A program made the position numbers and the translations under genes. Below are positions 37,805 through 47,887 of a stretch of 64,000 nucleotides of DNA, in pieces. Every line of letters starts with the position of its first letter. The first letter of the stretch is position 1. The stretch is from NCBI GenBank assembly GCA_030765185.1, contig JAVCDE010000024.1:443538-507537 (forward strand). Reading direction: 5' to 3'. The stretch comes from Candidatus Aceula meridiana. Its GTDB lineage: Bacteria > Omnitrophota > Gorgyraeia > Zapsychrales > Aceulaceae. The notes under the pieces were generated by a model. The model saw only the letters and a list, made by a program, of their open reading frames with translations. It was not told the origin of the DNA and did not search any database.

Positions 37805-38014
37805 TTATTTTTCTATGGGTAAGCTTTTCTTTGATGTCTTGCCGCTAACATAATCTTCGATGCCTGTTGCGGTGTTCTGCAAGCCGTTAATGTCCACCAC
37901 AATATGGGCATTAATAGTAATCGGACGATTAGGGTCGCCCACTGCCTTAACCGTACACCCTACGGCTAAAAAAGCAAAGACCAAAAACATAAAAGGAATA
38001 TTATTACGAATCAT
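37805..38014 (-). CDS. YnbE-like small lipoprotein
   Basis: 69 aa, lipobox LAVGC, directly follows the YdbH-like gene. Confidence 0.5.
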   Translation of the reverse strand: MIRNNIPFMFLVFAFLAVGCTVKAVGDPNRPITINAHIVVDINGLQNTATGIEDYVSGKTSKKSLPIEK

Positions 38015-38018
38015 TGGC

Positions 38019-39047
38019 TTAAGATCCTTTCTTAAAAAAAGAAAATTGGTTAAGGTTCTTCAAAAGGCTTTGTATTCCGCCTTCAATTATAACATCAACG
38101 GTAACATTTATATCAAGATTAAGATACTCGCTTTGAATTCGAATATCAGCAGAAATAGTTTTAGAATCTTGGTCGGCCAAGTTCATTTGTGCATTATTCA
38201 CGCGAATACGGCCGTTATTTTTAATAACCGCTTTGATGTTTTCTCTCTGAGTGCTCTTTGGGATATAGGGCAATAACGGCTCAAGCATTTTGGCCTGAAT
38301 TTCTCCATCCTCTCCAAGACGCATATCCAGGTCAATATTTTCAATTCCCCCGGCCGGGCCAATGACCTCGATGACTCCGTATATCCGACCCCGCACCTGC
38401 GAAAAAAATGACAAATTGATATCTTCCATTTCTGCGGTATCCAACCCCTCAAATGCTATGTCCGCCTCATAATGTGGGGTCGGTACAAAATAAACATGCG
38501 CGTTTCCGGTGATTTTTCCTTTATAAGAATCTCCGCTGATCCCTGAGATAACAGCGTCTTTATCTGTTACAACCACCTTTGCATTAATGCCTTTCACCTG
38601 AAAACCATTGCTCTCAACTTTCTTAGCAGAGGCCGGGCCGGACCACTTTTGCATGCTCTCTGAAACAAGCTCAATATTCAATCCTTCTAGGCGAAAAGCT
38701 GAAGACCTAACCGCACCCTCCTTTATCTGCAAAATCGTTCCCTTTCCCGAAGAAAAAATATTCATAACTTCAGATATCTTAATCTCTCCGAAGCTCATCA
38801 TATAGGTGTCTTTGCCTTGTTTAAGCGTCAGAGATACATCTTCAAGCGTAAACTGCCGCGGCAAGTTGCAAGCCTGGTTTTTAATGACCAAGTCATTCAT
38901 AGTGACATCAGCCAAAAATTTGTTTGAGCTGAACATTAGAATGCTTCCCATGATTTTCGGAGAAGAGCACGCAGTCAAAAAAATTGCAAAGCCCACAATA
39001 ACGGTAAGGACAATGAGAATAAAAAGGATTTTTAAAAATATTTTCAT
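38019..39047 (-). CDS. YdbH/AsmA-like membrane-anchored periplasmic protein, short form (342 aa)
   Basis: N-terminal TM anchor, beta-rich repetitive body. Synteny with ynbE/ydbL-like genes. Confidence 0.45.
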   Translation of the reverse strand: MKIFLKILFILIVLTVIVGFAIFLTACSSPKIMGSILMFSSNKFLADVTMNDLVIKNQACNLPRQFTLEDVSLTLKQGKDTYMMSFGEIKISEVMNIFSSGKGTILQIKEGAVRSSAFRLEGLNIELVSESMQKWSGPASAKKVESNGFQVKGINAKVVVTDKDAVISGISGDSYKGKITGNAHVYFVPTPHYEADIAFEGLDTAEMEDINLSFFSQVRGRIYGVIEVIGPAGGIENIDLDMRLGEDGEIQAKMLEPLLPYIPKSTQRENIKAVIKNNGRIRVNNAQMNLADQDSKTISADIRIQSEYLNLDINVTVDVIIEGGIQSLLKNLNQFSFFKKGS

Positions 39048-39205
39048 AGAATTATATTTTAGATGAAAACTTTGTATAAATCAACTGAGCTAAGGCATCG
39101 TATGCAAAGAATGAGGCAAAGACAAGAAGAGAAAAATAGCAAGAGTCGCGCCACTCCACCGCTTATTGAACAAGGAAGGCGAAGCACGCAGCCAATCGTA
39201 AAAAT

Positions 39206-40666
39206 CTAATCTAATTCTTCCGGAGATTCGATGCAACTTGATAATTCTTTTTGAATATCCTCCGAAACCTCTGGAAAATAAACGCCGACGCGGTACAACT
39301 CGCCCTCTGCCTTTTCTTTACGCATAACCTTACACGTCAGCTCAAAGGAAGCCTCGCCTCGAGGTCGATAAATCCGACATAAAAGTTCTTTATCAAGAAT
39401 ATCCTCAGTGGAAAGAAGCAACATTCCTCTTTTTGAGATATTGGCTATCTCAAGAGCTTTAACATTTTCTTTTTTCGACGGATCAATCATTTCAATCTTA
39501 GTGCCTGAGGTAGGATTAAGCCTTATCATCCTTCTTCTTTCCGAGACCGATTTGTTTTTTCCTTCACGTTTCGCTTGGCGTAGGGCACTGTCGGCAACCC
39601 AAATCAATTCCTTAAGATCGCTTGCATTGTTCGGAAAAACAGCTATTCCCGCGCTAAACTTTAATTTAAGCTCGCTTTCGTTCTTTGCATGCGGTGAAGT
39701 TATCTTTTTTTGGTTAAAATCATGACGGATTCTATCTAAAACCACAAAGGCAGGCTGTGAATCTGATTCCGGAAGAATGATGATAAACTCATCTCCTCCG
39801 TATCGGCCCACGATATCTATATTTCTGATATTCTTTTTAATAATACTGGCAAAAGTAACCAAGGCATCATTACCTGCCAAATGGCTATGCTCGTCATTGA
39901 TCTGCTTAAATTGATCGATATCAATCATGATGATACTGACTTTTTTGTGATGGCGCTTGGACCGGGCGATCTCCTTTTCTAAAAGCTCCATGGTCGATTT
40001 GAAATTTACACAACCCGTGAGTCCGTCGTGACTAGCCAGATCCTTTATTTTTTCTTCTGCCTCCTTGCGCCTGGTAATATCCTCGATCGAGAGCAAAATA
40101 AGCTGCCTCTTGTCGATTTTACGATTGATCTTTCGGGCGTCGAGGATCATTGTTCTCTTTCCGATCCCTGGAAAATGATGCTCCACCTCAAAATTATCAA
40201 AGCTTATCTTGTCAGGAAGGATATCTTCCAGCAGCTCGCGTAGCTTAGGAATATCCCATTGTCGATTACCGAGTTCATAGATATGTTGCCCCTCGGTATT
40301 TTTGCATTCCGCTTTAAAAGTTTTATAAAATGACCGGCTGGCAGAAATGACCCTTAGCCCCGCGTCCAAGACAATTAAAGGGTTACGCACGGTACTGATA
40401 ATTCCGTTAGCGTATTCAAGAGCATCTTCGACCTTTTGCTCTGATTGCTTACGCTTTTCTATCTCGGCATGAAGTTGCCTTTGGATAATTTTTTCTGTGG
40501 ATGTGCGGCTATCGACATGACTCTCGAGCGTCTTCTGAAGTGCGTTTAGTTTCTTTTCTTTTTTTGCCAACCTTGGCCTTAACTTTACAAAATATTCTAT
40601 CTTCTGCTGAAAAGAAACAATAATGTGCTTAAATGCCTGCTGCCAAGTTTTCTTTTTTCTTTCCAT
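39206..40666 (-). CDS. PAS-GGDEF diguanylate cyclase with C-terminal PilZ domain
   Basis: GGDEF (RYGGDEF). PilZ RxxxR (RRRMIR) and N-x-S-x-x-G (NISKRG) motifs at the C-terminus. Confidence 0.75.
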   Translation of the reverse strand: MERKKKTWQQAFKHIIVSFQQKIEYFVKLRPRLAKKEKKLNALQKTLESHVDSRTSTEKIIQRQLHAEIEKRKQSEQKVEDALEYANGIISTVRNPLIVLDAGLRVISASRSFYKTFKAECKNTEGQHIYELGNRQWDIPKLRELLEDILPDKISFDNFEVEHHFPGIGKRTMILDARKINRKIDKRQLILLSIEDITRRKEAEEKIKDLASHDGLTGCVNFKSTMELLEKEIARSKRHHKKVSIIMIDIDQFKQINDEHSHLAGNDALVTFASIIKKNIRNIDIVGRYGGDEFIIILPESDSQPAFVVLDRIRHDFNQKKITSPHAKNESELKLKFSAGIAVFPNNASDLKELIWVADSALRQAKREGKNKSVSERRRMIRLNPTSGTKIEMIDPSKKENVKALEIANISKRGMLLLSTEDILDKELLCRIYRPRGEASFELTCKVMRKEKAEGELYRVGVYFPEVSEDIQKELSSCIESPEELD

Positions 40667-40733
40667 GTCTTTTTATCCTTCCTTCATTCGCTTAATTTCA
40701 CAAACACAAAACTTTTCTTTCTATTCTTCAATA

Positions 40734-41783
40734 CTAATCACTTTTATTCATTTCAATGCGTATCCGCGGTAAACATTCCGGGAAGCGTTGTTGCAAGAAC
40801 TCCAGAAGCTTTTCCCGAACTTCACAACGCAGACCCCAGGCAGTAGGAGAATCCGCTGCGCTCATCAGAGCTCTCAGCTCAACTGTTTTTTCAGTTGCAT
40901 TGGTAACCTGCAACACATTGACCTTTTTATCCCACTTTGGGCTGTTTTCCAGAATACGCGTTAATTCATTACGGACTTTTTCCACGGACACAGTATAATC
41001 AGTATAGACAAAAACACTTCCTAATAAATCTGCGGAAGCCCGTGTCCAATTCTCAAACGGTTTCTCAAGAAAATACGATATGGGGACAACTAACCGTCTT
41101 AGATCCCAGATGCGAACGACCACAAAAGTGAGAGTAATTTCCTCGATCCAACCCCATTCATTTTCAATAATAACCACATCGTCCAGCCGAATTGGCTGAG
41201 CAATGGCTATTTGAATTCCAGCGATAAAGTTTCCCAATGTCTTCTGAGCCGCAAAACCTAAGATGATACCAAGCACTCCTGCCGAAGCAAGCAAGCTAAT
41301 GCCAATTTGTCTCACATGAGGAAAAGACATGAGCATAAACGCTATCGTTAAAACAAAAATGCCTACATCGATTATGTTTTCAATTAATCTAATCTGCGTA
41401 AATACCTGTCGAGCCGCAAGGTTGTCTTTTGCTTTCATGTCATAGTTTTCCAAGATTGCTTCGAAAACCATATGAATGACTCTTATCGCAAGCCATCCGA
41501 TAGATGCGATTATCCACAAGGTCACTATATGTGAAATAAAAGCTTGTAAGCCCTCGCTAAACCGCAAAATAGGAAACGCAATTAAAACGCAGACTGCCGG
41601 GATTAACGATCTTAAAGCACCTTTCATTTGTTCAGGGCGTATCTTGACACGCTTTAAAATAACGATACGGCTCCACCTCTTAAATATGAACATAGCAATA
41701 AAGTATATAATTGCGCCTGCAAAAAGAGCTATCGCAATAGTAATTGTAGAAAACAATAAATCGCTAGTTTGCATCTTTATCAT
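40734..41783 (-). CDS. mechanosensitive ion channel, MscS family
   Basis: TM helices followed by the conserved MscS beta-domain block (DDVVIIENEWGWIEEITLTFVVVRIWDLRRLVVPIS). Confidence 0.8.
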   Translation of the reverse strand: MIKMQTSDLLFSTITIAIALFAGAIIYFIAMFIFKRWSRIVILKRVKIRPEQMKGALRSLIPAVCVLIAFPILRFSEGLQAFISHIVTLWIIASIGWLAIRVIHMVFEAILENYDMKAKDNLAARQVFTQIRLIENIIDVGIFVLTIAFMLMSFPHVRQIGISLLASAGVLGIILGFAAQKTLGNFIAGIQIAIAQPIRLDDVVIIENEWGWIEEITLTFVVVRIWDLRRLVVPISYFLEKPFENWTRASADLLGSVFVYTDYTVSVEKVRNELTRILENSPKWDKKVNVLQVTNATEKTVELRALMSAADSPTAWGLRCEVREKLLEFLQQRFPECLPRIRIEMNKSD

Positions 41784-42600
41784 CCTTTGTAATTCTTTTA
41801 TCTAAAAAACATCTATCGCAGCACTGACTATTTATCTAAGGATGGCGGTAGTTAGCCGACCATAAAACCATACAACATCATTCGCTGCAATATCATCCGG
41901 TCTTTGTTGCTGAAAAATATCCAATCCCGAAGCCCAGCAGTATCATTAACGGAATCAAAATGATCTGGGACATAGAAAACTTCCAAAATAAGAAATGAAA
42001 CGCTACGACATGGGTATTCTGAAGCAATACAACGAGTAATAGAATCCCGACGGAAAGAAAAGCTATTTGTTTTGGCTGCATGGACATCTCTCTCCTTAAT
42101 AATTTAATTTTAATATTTAGTCGACGCTATTTTGCCGTTAAAATGTTATCCCAAACAAATTCATTATTGACCTTATGCCGATAGACATGAAAAGGACAGC
42201 TAAAACAGTTACAATAATTCCAATTATTATGCCCTTTGTTTTCATTCTTAAATAACTCCTTCTTTTCTTGCAAATTCGCAAGCGTTATTTAGGCCACGTC
42301 ATTTCCGCACTATTTTCCCCGCTTTGAATCTTAAAATGCGATCCCTGTTCCGGTGGGGGTGGAGCTTTCGTTGCGCACCCTGTATCCATAGATACAAAAA
42401 GAAATAGTGCGAAGATGAAACAAACATTTTTCGTATTTATCGATATTTTCAATATGTCCTCCTTAATTTCTTTCTCCTTAGTTTTTTAAAGATTCCCCTG
42501 CGCCTGCTTCTAAAAAGGCGCCGGGGATACCATCTATTTCTTTGAGAAAGGTTCCTTCACCATTTGTCTTGGTTCCATCAATGATCACTGTTGCTGTAAT

Positions 42601-42957
42601 CTATCTTCCAGCCTGGCCTATCTTGACGTCTATTTCTCTCTTAGCTTTTTCGCAATAATAAACATCGTCCTTAACGTCAATATTATTATACTGTCCCAGT
42701 TTTTCTAGTTTGAAAATAGCGTCGGAAAGATGCGAATTTGCACTACGGTATGATTCTTGAGCTTTAAAGGCAACTGTTGCACATTCGCCTTTCTTTATCC
42801 ACCGGTTAGCTTTTTTATAACTGATGTTCGCTTCTCTTAGCCTAGAATCCCCGGTTAGCTCTTTCTTGTAGGGCGATCCGCATGTAGAGCAAGCACTGAG
42901 CGATGTAATGGCAAGCCCCGCAATCAAGAAAATAAATCCACGACTATATTTCTTCAT
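42601..42957 (-). CDS. lipoprotein, hypothetical
   Basis: Signal peptide plus lipobox LSACS. Confidence 0.45.
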   Translation of the reverse strand: MKKYSRGFIFLIAGLAITSLSACSTCGSPYKKELTGDSRLREANISYKKANRWIKKGECATVAFKAQESYRSANSHLSDAIFKLEKLGQYNNIDVKDDVYYCEKAKREIDVKIGQAGR

Positions 42958-43038
42958 TTTATAAGTCCTCCTAAAAAAAGGCTCTCTTTTAAACTATTGC
43001 TTCTTGCCAATTAAAAAATAAAGTTTCTGTAAAAAGAG

Positions 43039-43617
43039 CTACTTCTTTTCTTCGCTTTTTGCAAAAGGTTCTTTAACGACAACTTTGACTCCGTCAATCG
43101 TTCCCGTTGCCGCATTTTTAACTTTGTCCCCGGCCTCGGCGCTTATCTTATACGCTGCTTTAACGGCTCCTGTGGCTGCTGCAGAGACTGCTTTTTCTGC
43201 ATCAATGCCTGTCTCTTTTGTCGAATGGATAACTCCTTTGAGCAGGCCCTTTGTTGCATCTAGCAAATTTCCCCCGGCGTTGCCGGTCGTCTTAATGATC
43301 TTACCGGCTAAAGTTCCGATCGCAGTAAACGCTTCTTCTCCGATTGTCTTGGAGCCCTTTAATATTCCTATGACAAGACCCTTCACGCCATCTTCTAGGC
43401 TCTTTCCGGCTTCAACGATTCCGCTGATACTCGAACTGATGATCTCCTGCGCAGATTCAATTAATGCCGCACCGGTTTTCCCTGTCTCTTTTGCTAAGTT
43501 GCTCACCATTGTACTTACTGTGTCAACAATGGCGTTGACAATATCCCCTGCGCCTGTTATCGCGCTAACAATACTGTCCTTTACTGATTTAATAACTCCT
43601 TTTTTCTCTTCACCCAT
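43039..43617 (-). CDS. low-complexity Gly/Ala/Lys-rich repeat protein (LEA/phasin-like stress protein)
   Basis: Repetitive G-x-K-x-x-G periodicity over the whole 192 aa. Confidence 0.45.
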   Translation of the reverse strand: MGEEKKGVIKSVKDSIVSAITGAGDIVNAIVDTVSTMVSNLAKETGKTGAALIESAQEIISSSISGIVEAGKSLEDGVKGLVIGILKGSKTIGEEAFTAIGTLAGKIIKTTGNAGGNLLDATKGLLKGVIHSTKETGIDAEKAVSAAATGAVKAAYKISAEAGDKVKNAATGTIDGVKVVVKEPFAKSEEKK

Positions 43618-43710
43618 TTCACACCTCCTGTTTTTGTTTCTATTTGTTAATTATAATTACAAACCACTGTCCGCCCCGTTATAGACGAGGCGGACAAGTA
43701 GCCCATGAAA

Positions 43711-44496
43711 CTATTTCACTGGCAAAGAATCTGCTATGGTCATATTGTTGATCACGCTTGTCACCCCAATGACATCGTTGGCAACTTTTCCAGCCATGTC
43801 TTTTCCGGCAGGACTATTAGCCTTGCCGCTTAACGTGACAATACCATTATTTGTCGCAACGCCGGTCTTAAAGAAGCTGGTTGAATGATGAGTTAAAAGC
43901 GCCATTTTAATCTGGGCAGTAATAGATGCGTCATCAATTTTCTCCCCCATGGTCTGCTTCGTTTCGCTTGGGGCCTTAACTTTTGGGGTCTTGGCTATTG
44001 TCATTTCGTTCTTTACCTCCTTAACACCATTAATGTCTTTGGCGTATTCACCGGCTAGATCCTTTTGTGCCTGATTTCCAGCTTCACCTTTAAGCGTTAC
44101 GATGCCATCCTTAACGAATACCTGGGTATCACTGCCGCTCACATTCCGGTTATAGAGAAGTGAATATTTCACCTGCATGCTGATCCATCCGTCAGATTTT
44201 TCAGGTGGGCCCTGTAGTTCCAGTTTATTGTAGACGTTTTTGACCCCGGGCATGTTCGCTACCGTTTCTTGGGCCAATGACTTATGGGATTCTTCTGCGA
44301 CGGTGCCCGTCAAGGTGACATAGCCATCCCTGGACTTAAGTTTAATATTATCTTCCGTTAGATACTTTTTAAATACATAAGAACTCTTGGCAGATGATTC
44401 AATGCGATCATCCATTTCTGATGCAAGCGCAGATACGCTCACGAGCAATACCGCGGCCGTAGCCGTGATTAACACTTTCGAATAATTTATTTTCAT
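43711..44496 (-). CDS. OsmY-like periplasmic protein with three BON domains
   Basis: Three repeats of the GxVTLxGxV...GV..V.N.M pattern. Start moved to MKINYSKVLITATAAVLLVSVSALA (signal peptide) with an AAGGAAGGTG RBS. Confidence 0.75.
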   Translation of the reverse strand: MKINYSKVLITATAAVLLVSVSALASEMDDRIESSAKSSYVFKKYLTEDNIKLKSRDGYVTLTGTVAEESHKSLAQETVANMPGVKNVYNKLELQGPPEKSDGWISMQVKYSLLYNRNVSGSDTQVFVKDGIVTLKGEAGNQAQKDLAGEYAKDINGVKEVKNEMTIAKTPKVKAPSETKQTMGEKIDDASITAQIKMALLTHHSTSFFKTGVATNNGIVTLSGKANSPAGKDMAGKVANDVIGVTSVINNMTIADSLPVK

Positions 44497-44579
44497 AAAA
44501 CACCTTCCTTTGTAATACTGCTTATTTTTTGATTTATCATTCTTAACAACCTGATCTAATCCGACCTCTTTAAAAACTT

Positions 44580-44747
44580 TTATGCTGCTGATCTTTGTCT
44601 TCCGAATATTAAAGAGATAACCGCTAACATCAAGAAAATAACAAACAAAATCTTGGCAATGCCAATAGCTGAACCTGCGATACCTGTAAATCCCAACAAC
44701 GCTGCAACAATCGCAATGACAAAAAATGTTGCTGCCCAATGTAACAT
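44580..44747 (-). CDS. DUF1328 (UPF0391/YtjA-like) small membrane protein
   Basis: Hand translated: [66 protein letters not shown]. Below the track size cutoff. Confidence 0.7.
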   Translation of the reverse strand: MLHWAATFFVIAIVAALLGFTGIAGSAIGIAKILFVIFLMLAVISLIFGRQRSAA

Positions 44748-44765
44748 AATGACCTCCTTCCTTAG

Positions 44766-45008
44766 TTAATTAACGGTATCTCTGATAGAATCTGCCACAT
44801 CACGACCTGTATTTCTAATATCATCTCCTAATGATGTCTTTCTAAAAAGTGGCCGTTCTCCGGCGATGGCCCAAATAAGGTAAGCCACCAACAAAATCGT
44901 CAAAATACCCATAGGCTTATATCCCCAAGCCTTGCTGTGCGGCCATGCAGGCAAAGCGACAAAGACCAAAGCAATAATTACAAACAGTAATAACGTTTCA
45001 GTAGACAT
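44766..45008 (-). CDS. DUF3309-like small membrane protein
   Basis: ALPAWPHSKAWGYKPMG motif typical of DUF3309. Confidence 0.55.
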   Translation of the reverse strand: MSTETLLLFVIIALVFVALPAWPHSKAWGYKPMGILTILLVAYLIWAIAGERPLFRKTSLGDDIRNTGRDVADSIRDTVN

Positions 45009-45103
45009 TGAGTTCCTCCTAATTTTTTAAGAACGCAGAACTAGGGCAGCTATCACACACAAGCGTATCGCAAGCCCTAGCCTACATCTTTCTTCACGCG
45101 GTA

Positions 45104-45565
45104 TCACTTGCCTGATAAAGCAACGCGGGCATTTTGCGTTACAGGTAAAACCTGTGCAAAATGCGCCAGCATGTCCTGCGAAGATTCCAACTTAACAATT
45201 TGCATATTACTCTCATGCAGATTCACATCATACCCGGTTTCATTTCTGATAATTCTTTTAATGCTTGCCATGGTGCTATGCTTGGGGTCAAATTTAACCT
45301 GTTTTAAATCCTGAATATCCAAAGAACTTCTGGATGTCCCGGGGAGATAAATCGTCCCATTATTGAAATCAACGGCATAGGCAATGATCCCTGGAACAAA
45401 GAAAAACAACAAACCTATCCCATCTAAAATAGCAACCCCTGCATCAATTTTTCCGCTTTTTTGACCCTTGCGCTCAGGATACAAAAGAGTACCGCATCCG
45501 GTCAGTTGAAAAATCAAAATGGCACAGAGTGAAAATTTAAACACACCTATCAATTTCTTAATCAT
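45104..45565 (-). CDS. lipoprotein, hypothetical
   Basis: Lipobox LTGCG. Confidence 0.45.
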   Translation of the reverse strand: MIKKLIGVFKFSLCAILIFQLTGCGTLLYPERKGQKSGKIDAGVAILDGIGLLFFFVPGIIAYAVDFNNGTIYLPGTSRSSLDIQDLKQVKFDPKHSTMASIKRIIRNETGYDVNLHESNMQIVKLESSQDMLAHFAQVLPVTQNARVALSGK

Positions 45566-45610
45566 ATTCCCCTCCTTTTATTTTAATAAAGAATCTTTTT
45601 TGAAAGACCC

Positions 45611-45769
45611 TTAATCATTATGACCAACGGTTCTTTGAATACTTCCTCCAGCATTCTCTATATCTTTCCCCGCGCCCTTCATCATGTTGCAGCCCATAAC
45701 TGAAATCATTAAAATTAGCACGATAAAGACGGGTATCAATTTTACTTTCTGTAAACATTTGTTTCTCAT
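45611..45769 (-). CDS. entericidin EcnA/EcnB family lipoprotein
   Basis: MRNKCLQKVKLIPVFIVLILMISVMGCNMMKGAGKDIENAGGSIQRTV matches the entericidin pattern (GCN..G.G.DI...G..I....). Internal start with a GGAGGTG RBS. Confidence 0.6.
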   Translation of the reverse strand: MRNKCLQKVKLIPVFIVLILMISVMGCNMMKGAGKDIENAGGSIQRTVGHND

Positions 45770-46051
45770 AACACACCTCCTGACTTTTTTAAAATAAAAA
45801 ATGTTCTCGTCTGACAACTCATCGTATGCATCCCCGAGCTCACAGAATCTTCTTCTTCCTCAACGAAAGCAAAACCTCCCTGGATACTCAAAACGCCGGG
45901 CTTAACCTTTTCACAATAAACAACGCACCGATTAGAATCTTCCTTTGACTTTTTAGGACTCTCGAAAATATTTTGAGGAATAAGACTTCGATAAAACTCC
46001 TCTGCTGCATAATCCGGCATGAGTTCTCTTTCCATAACTTCCCCCTTTTTT

Positions 46052-46417
46052 TTAAAACGCCAGGTTAATTAAATCAACTAATGCCTGGTCATTAAACGGC
46101 TTTTGTAAAAATCCCACGGCCCCTGCATCTAAGACTTGGTCTCTAAGGTGGCCATTCTTGTCAGCCGTAATGATAATGACCGGGCGCGTGCAACCGGATT
46201 TAATAAGCTGTTTTATCGTTTCCCATCCATCTAGTCCAGGCATATGAATATCAAGAACTAAACACCCCTCGGCACTATTGGGCACGTCGCTAAAAAATTT
46301 CTCTGCCGAAGAAAATGTCTCCACCTTAAATCCAAACGTAATTAAAAGAAATTTAAGAGCACGGCAAATCGACGCATCATCATCTACAACATAAATTTTC
46401 TTTCTGCCTATAGCCAC
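46052..46417 (-). CDS. single-domain response regulator (CheY-like receiver)
   Basis: YVVDDD...D (phospho-acceptor)...K receiver signature. 121 aa. Confidence 0.8.
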   Translation of the reverse strand: MAIGRKKIYVVDDDASICRALKFLLITFGFKVETFSSAEKFFSDVPNSAEGCLVLDIHMPGLDGWETIKQLIKSGCTRPVIIITADKNGHLRDQVLDAGAVGFLQKPFNDQALVDLINLAF

Positions 46418-46515
46418 TATGCTGCTCTCCTTTTGTTTTCAGTGTAGTCCTAATTAAAAATGAATCAATTGTACTTGGGTATAACTATAACGTAATCGTT
46501 AGACCATCACTTTGT

Positions 46516-47175
46516 TCACTCTTGTGATGCCTCTTGTGATGCCGAATCATTCTCTTTCTTTTCGATGGTAACGATGGACTCAGCGATCTCCCTGCTTAAT
46601 GACGCGCAAACCGTACTTAGCGTTTTAGCTAAGCCAGAATAATTCTGCGGTATGATCGGCTGGCGGAATTCTGATCTTTTGATAATCATGATTTTTGTAT
46701 TTTGCACATCAATAACCTGCCATTGCGCGATAAGAAACAGTTCCTTCTGAAGATCGCTATCCAATTGAATAACTTCCACAACCACCTGGTATTTAGCCTC
46801 AATGGCTGAATTCCAAGGATACAAAATAAATTTTGCTCGCGGAAACATAGCTGTAAGATTCTCTCTAATCAGACGCGTCACGCCAAGGCTAAGGGATTCT
46901 CCCCAGCGGTCGAATTCAGAAAATTTGAGCATCTGGTCTTTACCCCTGGTTACAATTTTGGCTCTGTCCTGATATTCCGGGATTTTAACCGGCCCGATAC
47001 CAATAACAAAATCAGAAGTAGCACCTATCTTCTTATTTACTTGATTTTCATATCCAGCCTGAAGCACATAAAACCGCGGCGTTGGGCTATTTGATACTGA
47101 TATGCAACCACCTAAAACCAAGGCAAAACCTACCCCGATAATCATTATGAATGAACGAATCCAAATCTTATTCAT
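46516..47175 (-). CDS. PqiC/YmbA-like (DUF330) ABC-transport auxiliary lipoprotein
   Basis: Lipobox LGGCIS. Last gene of the MCE-type ABC operon. Confidence 0.55.
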   Translation of the reverse strand: MNKIWIRSFIMIIGVGFALVLGGCISVSNSPTPRFYVLQAGYENQVNKKIGATSDFVIGIGPVKIPEYQDRAKIVTRGKDQMLKFSEFDRWGESLSLGVTRLIRENLTAMFPRAKFILYPWNSAIEAKYQVVVEVIQLDSDLQKELFLIAQWQVIDVQNTKIMIIKRSEFRQPIIPQNYSGLAKTLSTVCASLSREIAESIVTIEKKENDSASQEASQE

Positions 47176-47884
47176 CTTGTTCTCCTGTCTTTCCTTTTAA
47201 GATCGCTTCCGGATGCTGCTCAAGATACTCGGTAAGAAACCGAAAAGAACGCATTGATTGTTTTGTCTCTTTAAGAGTTTCAGGTAGTTCGTAAAAACTT
47301 TCCCGTAAATCACTCGAATTTACTAATCTATTGATTTCCTTAGCGATAGCCTCCAAATTTTTGGCAATTTCTTTAATTGGCAATTCATTCATAAGTTCAA
47401 ATATGTCTCCGGAGGTTGGAAGCGTGGGCAATTCCGAATAAGCTTTCGAAATACCCCGTAATTGCACCGGTTCTTCCGGAGAAAAATCAAATGAAATCAT
47501 AAGCTGACCGGTTAAGAAATTCTGCACCTCAATCTTCCCTCGAAGGCCGAACTCAATCATTTTCTCAACTCCGCCTGGTTCGCTAAAGCTTGGAGTTCCC
47601 TCAATGCGGCCTTCTTCAATCTCTATAACAACTGGAAGTATGATGGTCCCGGCCTTTGAATCGTAAATCAGGCTGATATCTTTGACGATACCGATACTAA
47701 CCCCACGAAACATAACAGGGGCTCCTATGGAAAGACCTTTCACAGAACCATCGAAGTACAAAACAAATTTATTTGTCTTTTTAAAAATTGTCCCCGAACC
47801 AAGAACCAATATTCCTATGATCAGTAGTACCAGCGCCCCTACTGCAAATAAACCAATCATTTTTTTGTTAGCTTTTCTGCTCAT
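47168..47884 (-). CDS. MCE/MlaD-family substrate-binding protein
   Basis: N-terminal TM plus MCE domain (LYFDGSVKGLSIGAPVMFRGVSIG). Confidence 0.75.
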   Translation of the reverse strand: MSRKANKKMIGLFAVGALVLLIIGILVLGSGTIFKKTNKFVLYFDGSVKGLSIGAPVMFRGVSIGIVKDISLIYDSKAGTIILPVVIEIEEGRIEGTPSFSEPGGVEKMIEFGLRGKIEVQNFLTGQLMISFDFSPEEPVQLRGISKAYSELPTLPTSGDIFELMNELPIKEIAKNLEAIAKEINRLVNSSDLRESFYELPETLKETKQSMRSFRFLTEYLEQHPEAILKGKTGEQDE

Positions 47885-47887
47885 TAT

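Noticed and set aside
43085-43684. 199-aa plus-strand ORF
   Set aside because: It mirrors the low-complexity LEA-like gene on the opposite strand and has no RBS.
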